The notes under the pieces were generated by a model. It made no database searches and had not been told where the DNA came from. It saw only the letters and a list, made by a program, of their open reading frames with translations. Both the position numbers and the translations under genes were made by a program. A DNA stretch of 64,000 nt from NCBI GenBank assembly GCA_013152415.1, contig JAADGI010000034.1:13364-77363 (forward strand). Reading direction: 5' to 3'. Shown piece by piece: positions 30,537-38,336 of this stretch (position 1 is the first letter of the stretch; the number at the start of each line of letters is the position of its first letter). Source of the stretch: Gammaproteobacteria bacterium. Lineage in GTDB: Bacteria > Pseudomonadota > Gammaproteobacteria > HyVt-429.

Positions 30537-32156
30537 TCATTTTACAATCTCCTTGTGTTGGGAAGTCATACTGTCCTTACGCTCCCGCCGCTTACGCAAA
30601 CGAACCAGGGGTGGACATTTATGCTCATTCCAATAGGTGACCTGACAGTCCAAACAATAGTGACACTCATTCTTATTGATTTGACCATTGGGGTCAATCG
30701 CCTGAACCTCACAAAGTATGGCACAAACCTGGCAAGGCTGCCCACATTCATTGTGCCGTCTAACCCAATCAAAGATCCTGTTTTGTGCGGGGATAATCAG
30801 CGCTGCCGCCAGGGGACACAAATATTTACAATAGAACTTCCTGTTAAATACCGAAATAGCCAGCAGGACAGCAGCATAAAGCACAAAGGGCCATTCCCGT
30901 TGAAACTGGAGCAATATCACGGTCTTAAAGGGTTCGACCTCGGCAAGGCGCTCAGCCTCAGATAGGGACTGCAACGAAACCCCGAACAAAATGATAAGGA
31001 TAATATATTTTAGTGCCCACAACCTTTCATGGACCACGTACGGAAACTCAATCTGACGCACATTGAAATGCCGTGAAATCTTGTTGATAAATTCCTGAAG
31101 GGCACCGAATGGGCACAACCAACCACAATAGACTCCTCGACCCCACAACAGCAGTGTAATGGCGACAAAACCCCAGAGGATGAAGATGAGGGGATCCAAG
31201 GCAAAGGTTTCCCAGTGAAAATCATGAAACAAAGCATGTACAAATGTCAGCACATTAACCACGGACAGCTGTGCCAAGGCATACCAACCAATGAAAAATA
31301 CCGTAAAAATCAGATAACCATCCCTCACATAGTCATACAACCTTGGCCGACGTACCAGCCAGTCCTGAAACAAAAGAATGATGGTGAGTAATAGCAGTGC
31401 TGTAACAAGAATTACGATCTGTATTGTTCGATCTCGCCAAATACTGACCCATACTGGCTCCACCGGGGCAACGCCGTCAGGCTGAACTGAAAGCGTGGTT
31501 TGGTTCACTTTGCTTGTAAGTGATCGTCCAAGTAAATTATTAACCTGCCCTTGCGCTGACACCAAGGGAACCGTTGCCGTTGTATTCTTTCTTGAAATAT
31601 CACGGGTGGCAGCCACTTTTCTGGCCGAATTTATAATCGTGGCATTGGCAACCATCACCGTAATCGTCGCACCGCTGATAGCATCGATACCTGTGGACCC
31701 GGCCTGCTTTTCACCACCGACACGGACACGATCAAAAATATTGATCCCTCTATATTGGTCGATATACCTTTTTAGTTGTTCCTCGGAGACACCCACCAAC
31801 AGAATAGGCTCGTGATGTTCAATAATCTTGACACCGGTAATACGGCCATCAAGATCAAGCCCGACCAACACATTGATCGGTTTTCCTGAATAGGCTGGAA
31901 TAGCCACTATTTCACTGGTCGCAAACACATAACCCAAAAGCTGCCCCTGGTTATAAACAGGTGCCGCTGACGGTTCCCCATCCATATCACCGACACGGGA
32001 CGCCCCAGGGAAAAATTCCCTGATTTCTGAATAATACTCGGGGCTATTTGCTACCGACGTACTCGCTAGAACAAAAGAGTTTACGGTAAGCAACAATACA
32101 CCCACCAGCAGGTAAAACCAGCGAATGACTGCTGGATTATGCATAAGCAGAACCAC
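30537..32156 (-). CDS. NosR/NirI-family membrane FMN/Fe-S protein (short form)
   Basis: Periplasmic FMN-bind motif (GIDAISGATITV), multiple TM helices, CPFGALQEF and YLCPLAA motifs, C-terminal Cys clusters (CGQPCQVCAILC, CHYCLDCQ). The start may be the ATG at 32144. Confidence 0.8.
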   Translation of the reverse strand: MVLLMHNPAVIRWFYLLVGVLLLTVNSFVLASTSVANSPEYYSEIREFFPGASRVGDMDGEPSAAPVYNQGQLLGYVFATSEIVAIPAYSGKPINVLVGLDLDGRITGVKIIEHHEPILLVGVSEEQLKRYIDQYRGINIFDRVRVGGEKQAGSTGIDAISGATITVMVANATIINSARKVAATRDISRKNTTATVPLVSAQGQVNNLLGRSLTSKVNQTTLSVQPDGVAPVEPVWVSIWRDRTIQIVILVTALLLLTIILLFQDWLVRRPRLYDYVRDGYLIFTVFFIGWYALAQLSVVNVLTFVHALFHDFHWETFALDPLIFILWGFVAITLLLWGRGVYCGWLCPFGALQEFINKISRHFNVRQIEFPYVVHERLWALKYIILIILFGVSLQSLSEAERLAEVEPFKTVILLQFQREWPFVLYAAVLLAISVFNRKFYCKYLCPLAAALIIPAQNRIFDWVRRHNECGQPCQVCAILCEVQAIDPNGQINKNECHYCLDCQVTYWNEHKCPPLVRLRKRRERKDSMTSQHKEIVK

Positions 32157-32451
32157 CTCTCTTTAGTGCCTTAAGATTTATACGGAAAAACCACCCCATC
32201 ATCTCTTCCTGCGACACAAGGCCGGACATCATCAGGAACGGAGGCATCAACATCACTCCCCTGACATAGCACCGCTTGGCCACAAGTACGCTCAAAAAGA
32301 CAACAGGTGCCAAAAACCACACTCCGTATTTCCACGTCCTAATGACTGGAAGAAATTGACGATGAGGCTATCCAAGCTCGCCGTGACCCCACGTTCCCCA
32401 ATATACACTGCTATCTACCCAATATTAAATATGCAGCGCCCTACCGGGCAA

Positions 32452-32465
32452 TTGACCCAAGTCAA
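32452..32465 (-). promoter_or_regulatory. FNR/DNR-type box (perfect palindrome) upstream of the NosR/NirI-like gene
   Basis: TTGAC-CCAA-GTCAA. A TAATAT -10 on the minus strand (32422..32427) lies 34 bp from the centre. Confidence 0.6.
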
Positions 32466-32587
32466 GCTTAAAAGGCGTCTTGATGGGCAACATCATTAGC
32501 ACGCTCATCACTGCATAGAAGCTTGACCTGAACAACAAAACCACACCAGTGGCTGCAAAACCGACCACAGACGACGTCGAAGAATGC

Positions 32588-32601
32588 TTGACTTAAATCA
32601 A
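32588..32601 (+). promoter_or_regulatory. FNR/DNR-type box
   Basis: TTGAC-TTAA-ATCAA, about 100 bp upstream of the small plus-strand ORF at 32701. Confidence 0.55.
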
Positions 32602-32700
32602 GTGAAAACTATTTGTCATCATTTAAGCTCAACGCCAGAGTTCGATTAAGGTCGGTAGCTTTCGGTCACAGCCTGTTATAAATCAGGCGGGGGGGTAGCG

Positions 32701-32883
32701 TTGGAAATTATTTGGTTCACCCTGGTAGGGATTATGCTGTATCTGGTTTCAGATTGGATTCTGGATCGGATTGAGATTGCCCGCGGTGAACGCCTGAGTA
32801 ATCGCAATGTAGCCTTTTTTGCCATTATTGCTGTTCTCTCGCTGATCGTATTCCAAATTGCTGAGTTGGTGTTATCCAAATAA
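32701..32883 (+). CDS. Candidate small two-TM membrane protein (60 aa)
   Basis: TTG start preceded by GGGGGGG. Two hydrophobic helices (IIWFTLVGIMLYLVSDWIL and VAFFAIIAVLSLIVFQI). FNR-type box upstream. Only weak support. Confidence 0.35.
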   Translation: MEIIWFTLVGIMLYLVSDWILDRIEIARGERLSNRNVAFFAIIAVLSLIVFQIAELVLSK

Positions 32884-32922
32884 TCGGCCCTGGCTACAGA
32901 TCCTGGTTTTCTGTAGTTTGTA

Positions 32923-34314
32923 TCATGTATCACGTCTGCCAGACTTCATGGCACTCAATACGATGATGAGAAACAAAAGACCGCCTAAGATAGCGATCAG
33001 GCCACCCAAGCCCATCAGCCCCATGGCTGTGATCTTTTCCAGGCCATCGAGACCTTGCTCAACACCGGCGACCTTGCGTTGAACACCGTAGCCCCCCGAC
33101 CAGACCAAACCTACCACGTGTAGAAGCTGTCCCCCCCCATACACATAGGGTTGGATCCGGGACCACTTGAGATGGGGGGCAGAATACCCAAGCCGGGGTA
33201 ACAGATCATAGGTCAAGCCCATCAGCGCCAGCGTGACACCGACGATAGAACCATGATAGTGCGCCGGAATAGTGACATTGCTACCCTCAATCAGAAACCC
33301 GATGACACCACCAAACCCAAATAAAAGCATCGAGGTCATCAGGGCCGAGCGGTGACACGCATATTCCTTTGCTGCTGGGGGACTCCTGAACCAGGCATAA
33401 AGCAGCGCCAAACCCAGGGGCAGAGTGGCCAGGCTGCCGCCGTACGCCATCAACCAGGTGAACAGCTTGATATGCTCTGCTGACGCCACCGGAAAGGCAT
33501 AGTAAATCAGCGGTGCCATGAACACGGTCACCAATCCCAGGAAGAACAGCAACACCACCACACGTGGACTCAGGGGCAAACGTATACCGGACACCGAGGC
33601 AAGCCACAGCCAGGCGATGAGCGTGAGCAAGGTATAGGTGAACTGGAGCATGTGCCCACCCCCCCAGAACAACAGCTCAAAATAAGCCTTGCCGGTAATA
33701 CCGCCGGGGAGTGCCACATAGGACCAAATAAAGGCCATTAAGACCATGACGGCCGATACGCTGACTGTATTCAGACCAAAGCGTAACGCACTTTTTGCCG
33801 TCATCCGCTGACCAACCGCAGGAATCGCTATCATGCTGCGACCAACCAGTAAGGCAAAACCAGCAGCAAACCCCAACAAACCAGCCAAAAACAGGGGATG
33901 ATCCAATACCGGAATATAATTACTCATCAATGGATGATCGGCACCGATAAAGGGTGATAGGGCCATTACCGCTGTACCCGCCGCTGCCAGAATAAAGGCC
34001 CCCCACCCCAGACGCATAAACCGTGCCGTGGAATTCAGGCTCCACAACAACCCGGCAAAGGCCAGAAACCAGACCAGCACCGATAAATCGACGTGGATCA
34101 CCAATGCAGTATGAAAAAAATCAACCCAGGGGAAAATATTTTGCAAATAAGGGGTGCGCGACAACACCAACATGACTGAAAAAAGACCGGACCCCAATAA
34201 GGCCATCAGACCCAGCCACAACCATGCCACCGCCAGTGTACGGCGGCTACCCGATGGAATGGGGGATATAAACTCGTGATCGTTTTCTTCTGCTGCTGTG
34301 GTGGTAATAGTCAT
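32923..34314 (-). CDS. Divergent haem-copper-oxidase (subunit I)-like membrane protein with a His/Glu-His non-haem metal site
   Basis: About 12 TM helices. Landmarks FHTALVIH74V, FWGGGH221MLQF, SAE280H281IKLF and PAH352YH354GS. No Tyr near H221. Confidence 0.7.
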   Translation of the reverse strand: MTITTTAAEENDHEFISPIPSGSRRTLAVAWLWLGLMALLGSGLFSVMLVLSRTPYLQNIFPWVDFFHTALVIHVDLSVLVWFLAFAGLLWSLNSTARFMRLGWGAFILAAAGTAVMALSPFIGADHPLMSNYIPVLDHPLFLAGLLGFAAGFALLVGRSMIAIPAVGQRMTAKSALRFGLNTVSVSAVMVLMAFIWSYVALPGGITGKAYFELLFWGGGHMLQFTYTLLTLIAWLWLASVSGIRLPLSPRVVVLLFFLGLVTVFMAPLIYYAFPVASAEHIKLFTWLMAYGGSLATLPLGLALLYAWFRSPPAAKEYACHRSALMTSMLLFGFGGVIGFLIEGSNVTIPAHYHGSIVGVTLALMGLTYDLLPRLGYSAPHLKWSRIQPYVYGGGQLLHVVGLVWSGGYGVQRKVAGVEQGLDGLEKITAMGLMGLGGLIAILGGLLFLIIVLSAMKSGRRDT

Positions 34315-34334
34315 CTCAATAATTTTTGCGTGGC

Positions 34335-34838
34335 TTATTTCAAAATAAAATTGCTAATTCCCTCGTCAAAATCTATGACAAGCACCTGACCGGGTACCAA
34401 CTCCACGTACTGTTCAAGAACGGAAGTATAGCCTTCCTCGGGGGAACGATCACCGAGCTGCACCTTCAGAAAGTGGCGTCCAGCCTTAACAGTGAACCGC
34501 CTGTAGGCACTGGAGGCACTGTCACGACTCATCCCTGATGGTTGCAAGGTCTCCCGGTACATCAGCTTGCCGTCCAGGCTCAGCTCCACACTCACCGCGT
34601 GACGCTCCCGGGGGCAAACAACCCGCTCCCGCATATTGGGTGCCAACTTTGCCAACTCCTCATCACTGCGCTCGTAGCAATCACCGACAGACTGCCCGGC
34701 GTGACTGAAGCTCAATTTGACGACCGCCTGGTCGGGTGCCAGGCGAACGTAGGCCGGGGAGGCAGAAAAATATCCTATCGTGACAGCAAAGAGCGTGTAC
34801 GCTATGAGTTGTCCGGCAAACTGACCTAGCTTAATCAT
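34335..34838 (-). CDS. N-terminally anchored 167-aa protein (possible subunit II analogue without a CuA motif)
   Basis: One TM helix (LIAYTLFAVTIGYF) plus a soluble domain. 8-nt overlap with the upstream gene and 20-nt gap to the downstream gene. Confidence 0.55.
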   Translation of the reverse strand: MIKLGQFAGQLIAYTLFAVTIGYFSASPAYVRLAPDQAVVKLSFSHAGQSVGDCYERSDEELAKLAPNMRERVVCPRERHAVSVELSLDGKLMYRETLQPSGMSRDSASSAYRRFTVKAGRHFLKVQLGDRSPEEGYTSVLEQYVELVPGQVLVIDFDEGISNFILK

Positions 34839-36363
34839 GGCCGACAGCCTTCAAACTAACACGAAAATCTTCTATCTTTTTCGTCAATTCCTTCTTCTGC
34901 AGCAGCCCTGTCCAGAGTATCCTGATCTGCTCACGTGCCACACGGGCACGAAGTACAGGTTCCCGCTGACCGTCTATCCGTTGATCTGTCCAGGTATTGC
35001 CGCGGCGGAAATAGCAATCTCCACCCGCACATCCGGTAATAAACACGCCACTCGCACTGCCCTCTTGCAATACATAATCAAGAAAGGAAGGAGGTAGCAT
35101 ACCAATACAGGGCAATGACAATGCCGCCACACCGCTATTCTGCACGGCCTTGACATCGGTCGCATGATCACAACCGTAAACCAGTATCCGCACATCGTCG
35201 GTCAACTGCTCCAACGCCACTTTAGTCTTTAAGCGAAGCTCCTTTATCTTTAACTGCGGCATATCGATTCCGCTGACCAGATCTTCAATGCTGCGAAAGG
35301 GCGTGGAGGCTGGGCAGGAGCCTGCACAGATGCCACAACTGGCACATAGGGACTGGTTGACAACCGCCTCTTCAAAACCCGGCCGTTTGCTGTGGGCTTG
35401 CATCGTAATGGCCTCGAACGGGCAATCGGCAAAACAGCGCCGGCAGCCGTTGCAGTTGTCGGGATCAACGACAGCAACCGGGGCCTTTTTGGCAGGGGGC
35501 AGCCAGGGTAATATTGTCAAAACCAGCGTGAGTCCACCGAGGAGCAGCCACAAGCCACCCGCAGACCAGACTTCGAGTAGGGGATAGGTCAATAAATAAA
35601 ACCAGTCCAGATTGATCACGCTGACCGCAATGTCCAGGTTCGCTGCTCCCCCCTGGCTCAGGGCCGGTCGAACCAAGGAAACGGCCAGTAGCGCACACAA
35701 GGTACCGATGGCCAGGGTACGCGATGGGTTGGTACGCGCCAGGGTGATTCTTTGGATATGAATCCACATAGCCAGCAGGAGCATTAGAGGGATTGCGATA
35801 TGCAAAAATATCAGTAGCGAGAAAAAGCGATCACTCAGATAGGCCTGGCTGAGAAAATTGCGCGCCATCGGTTTGGTAAAAATGGGCAACCAGTCCACCC
35901 ACTCCGCTGTTGTCACCGCAATATACTGCGCCAGCTTGTCCCACACCAACCAATACCCTCCGATACCGGAAGCAAATGCCAACCACAACAACGGTACACC
36001 CGTCACCCAGGAAAACCAGCGCGCGCCCCGGTAGCGATTAAAGGCAAACTCCCGAATAAGGTGGAGTGTCATGGTGACCACAAAGGCATCAGAGGCATAA
36101 CGGTGCAAGCTACGCATCACCCCACCGAGGTACCACTGCTCGTGGGTCAGGTACTCAACTGACTCATAGGCCGCCGTTGCACTGGTTTCAAAGAAGATGT
36201 ACAGATACAGGCCGCTGACAACAATAAGCCAGAAGAAATAGAACGACAACGCACCCAGCTGATGAAGGGGATTGCAGGTTTGCCCAAATACACGATTGAA
36301 TCCAGCATCCGCCAGATCGAAGAGTCGGCGTATGCCATGTTGAAAAAATGTTAGCAAGAACAA
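34831..36363 (-). CDS. Fusion protein: dihaem cytochrome b, 2x[4Fe-4S] ferredoxin and MvhD/FlpD-like domain
   Basis: Two His pairs spaced 14 residues apart (SLHRY..TLHLI and FLHIA..WIHIQ). CNGCRRCFADCP and CASCGICAGSCP. C-terminal VYGCDHA..LPCIGM..GCAGGDCYFRRGN. Confidence 0.8.
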   Translation of the reverse strand: MFLLTFFQHGIRRLFDLADAGFNRVFGQTCNPLHQLGALSFYFFWLIVVSGLYLYIFFETSATAAYESVEYLTHEQWYLGGVMRSLHRYASDAFVVTMTLHLIREFAFNRYRGARWFSWVTGVPLLWLAFASGIGGYWLVWDKLAQYIAVTTAEWVDWLPIFTKPMARNFLSQAYLSDRFFSLLIFLHIAIPLMLLLAMWIHIQRITLARTNPSRTLAIGTLCALLAVSLVRPALSQGGAANLDIAVSVINLDWFYLLTYPLLEVWSAGGLWLLLGGLTLVLTILPWLPPAKKAPVAVVDPDNCNGCRRCFADCPFEAITMQAHSKRPGFEEAVVNQSLCASCGICAGSCPASTPFRSIEDLVSGIDMPQLKIKELRLKTKVALEQLTDDVRILVYGCDHATDVKAVQNSGVAALSLPCIGMLPPSFLDYVLQEGSASGVFITGCAGGDCYFRRGNTWTDQRIDGQREPVLRARVAREQIRILWTGLLQKKELTKKIEDFRVSLKAVGHD

Positions 36364-36418
36364 ACCTCTATATTGGGCTACAACACCGCTATTTAACCTT
36401 GCTGCCCGACAAAGTCAT

Positions 36419-36432
36419 TTGATCAACATCAA
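36419..36432 (-). promoter_or_regulatory. Consensus FNR box of the cytochrome b-FeS-MvhD operon promoter
   Basis: TTGAT-CAAC-ATCAA inside the perfect palindrome CATTTGAT-CAAC-ATCAAATG (36416..36435). A TAAATA -10 lies 33 bp from the centre. 62 bp upstream of the start codon. Confidence 0.75.
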
Positions 36433-36510
36433 ATGATATTATTAAATAACACAATCATGAATGTTATTTCGCTAAATTGAGCATCCTTAATCACAATTTC
36501 AATGCTATCA

Positions 36511-37374
36511 CTAAGTCCCGTTGCGACGTTGCCCCCGCCATTCCCGGACAAGCCAGAAAAGCATGGAAATCAAAATAATCGCACCGATAAACACACCAAC
36601 AAATAGTGAGTAGTCAAAGTAATATCGGTCACTGCCAGGGTCGTAGACCGTACAGAACAAACGAATCCGGTTAGCCAGGGTAGTCAGCAATGAATCTGAT
36701 TTTGGTGTCCCAAGAACCAGCTCCTTTAACGGCTCTACTAATCGTGGCGTATCAGAGCGGGTTCCATTGATACCGTAGATTTGCCTGTACACCTTGCCGG
36801 CACCATCAACAAGCGTCGCTTGCAACAGGTGATCAAACCCATTGGGTGAACTGAAATACAGAAACCCGACCTCATTGACCAAGCGCCCGATTGTCTTTTG
36901 ATCCCCACTTAAAAACTTCCAACCTGGTTGGTTAATACCCTGTTGCCTTGCAAACTCGCGCATGGCATCCGAGGTATCGTTAGGGGTGTCAAAACCGATC
37001 GTTAGAACGTTAAAGCTGTCTTTACCCAGCACATCCCGTGCCTTATTTACAGCTTGGGCTAAGTGTCGCGTAGCTGTTGGGCAAACATGATAACAACTGG
37101 TGTAAATGAAGCTAATTAAAAGTGGCTTGCCAAGATAATCTGACAGCTTTACCGACTCGCCAGTCCGCCCGACCAAGACATACTCACCGATAGTATTACC
37201 AATTACGGCCTGACTGACTTTAAGCGCCGAGGCATTATCGAAGGTCTTTGGTTTAGATATCACCGGGCCTTCAGACGCACAAGCCCACTGCCCTATAGAC
37301 AACAACAATGGCAGCGCAACAAACCTAGTGGCTAGCCACCTCAACCGCGACCGTAAAGTCAAACACCGCCCCAA
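36511..37374 (-). CDS. senC: SCO1/SenC copper chaperone with C-terminal TM anchor
   Basis: Thioredoxin-fold motif FIYTSCYHVCP (CxxxC) and the downstream His of the SCO family. Confidence 0.85.
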   Translation of the reverse strand: MGRCLTLRSRLRWLATRFVALPLLLSIGQWACASEGPVISKPKTFDNASALKVSQAVIGNTIGEYVLVGRTGESVKLSDYLGKPLLISFIYTSCYHVCPTATRHLAQAVNKARDVLGKDSFNVLTIGFDTPNDTSDAMREFARQQGINQPGWKFLSGDQKTIGRLVNEVGFLYFSSPNGFDHLLQATLVDGAGKVYRQIYGINGTRSDTPRLVEPLKELVLGTPKSDSLLTTLANRIRLFCTVYDPGSDRYYFDYSLFVGVFIGAIILISMLFWLVREWRGQRRNGT

Positions 37375-38228
37375 CCGGCAAGTTGGACATCAATAATAGC
37401 ACCCACAAGCACCAGTGAAAGTTGAATAATTGAAGCGAAAAAATTGACCCTGGCCTTTTCCTTTGTGGGCTGCAGAACCAGCTCGATATTCCTAAGTATA
37501 AAGTAACCACCCCCGACCACGGCACAGCTCAGATAAACCCACCCCAGCCCATAAAAGAAAGGAGTGATAGAAGCGGCCACCAGGATAATCGTATTGACAA
37601 GAATAAGTCGTGCGGCAGCGGCATCTCCGACAACCACGGGCAACATCGGCACTTTAGCGGCGGCATAGTCACGATGCAGGACAATGGCCAAACTCCAGAA
37701 ATGTGGGGGTGTCCATAAAAACAGTACCGTGGCCAACAGAATCGCCGCTGGACTCAGGCCTGGATCGGCGGCCGCAGCACCACCCAGAACGGCAAAGCTG
37801 CCAGCCAAACCACCAATAACAATATTGAATACACTGCACCGCTTGAGCCAAACCGTATAGACGATTGCATAAGTGAAGGCACCCATGAATATATGGAACG
37901 CCGCCACCAGATTAAACAACCAACCCGCAGCGACCACTGATACCAACAGCATGGCGGACACTCCCCATAACCAGAGTCGATTATCGGTAAAGGCACCGGT
38001 GACAAATGGCCGCTTACAGGTCCGGCTCATACGTGCATCCAGATCCCGTTCCACGAACTGATTGAAAGCACCCGCACTGGCGGAAGACATGAGCACCAAT
38101 AGGCCCAGTGCAACAATCTGCCAAGCTGGTAGGTCGGCGCCGGGCGTTACGACATAACCTGCAATTGCCGTAATCGCAATCAGGGCACCAATCCGCAGCT
38201 TGAAGACATTGACGAGTTGAGAAAACAT
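37359..38228 (-). CDS. ctaB: Protohaem IX farnesyltransferase (haem O synthase)
   Basis: UbiA-family polytopic protein, 289 aa, with NQFVERDLDARM and PPHFW motifs. Confidence 0.9.
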   Translation of the reverse strand: MFSQLVNVFKLRIGALIAITAIAGYVVTPGADLPAWQIVALGLLVLMSSASAGAFNQFVERDLDARMSRTCKRPFVTGAFTDNRLWLWGVSAMLLVSVVAAGWLFNLVAAFHIFMGAFTYAIVYTVWLKRCSVFNIVIGGLAGSFAVLGGAAAADPGLSPAAILLATVLFLWTPPHFWSLAIVLHRDYAAAKVPMLPVVVGDAAAARLILVNTIILVAASITPFFYGLGWVYLSCAVVGGGYFILRNIELVLQPTKEKARVNFFASIIQLSLVLVGAIIDVQLAGWGGV

Positions 38229-38290
38229 AACGTCCTATATCCTCTGTGTTAAAACACCTACTACACTACCCCGGTTCTTTCGGGAAAGGT

Positions 38291-38326
38291 GGGCGGAACA
38301 GCGAATCTTCAGACACTGTTCCGCCC
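38291..38326 (-). terminator. 11-bp perfect stem-loop between oxidase subunit I and ctaB (intra-operon attenuator or RNA-processing site candidate)
   Basis: GGGCGGAACAG-N14-CTGTTCCGCCC. No strong T-run. Confidence 0.4.
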
Positions 38327-38336
38327 AAGTATCACG

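Noticed and set aside
33131-33138. Homopolymeric C8 run (G8 on the coding strand) in the HCO-like gene, with a second C7 run at about 33655.
   Set aside because: The runs encode conserved-looking Gly stretches (YGGGQ and WGGGH) in frame. There is no sign of frameshifting or contingency-locus organisation.
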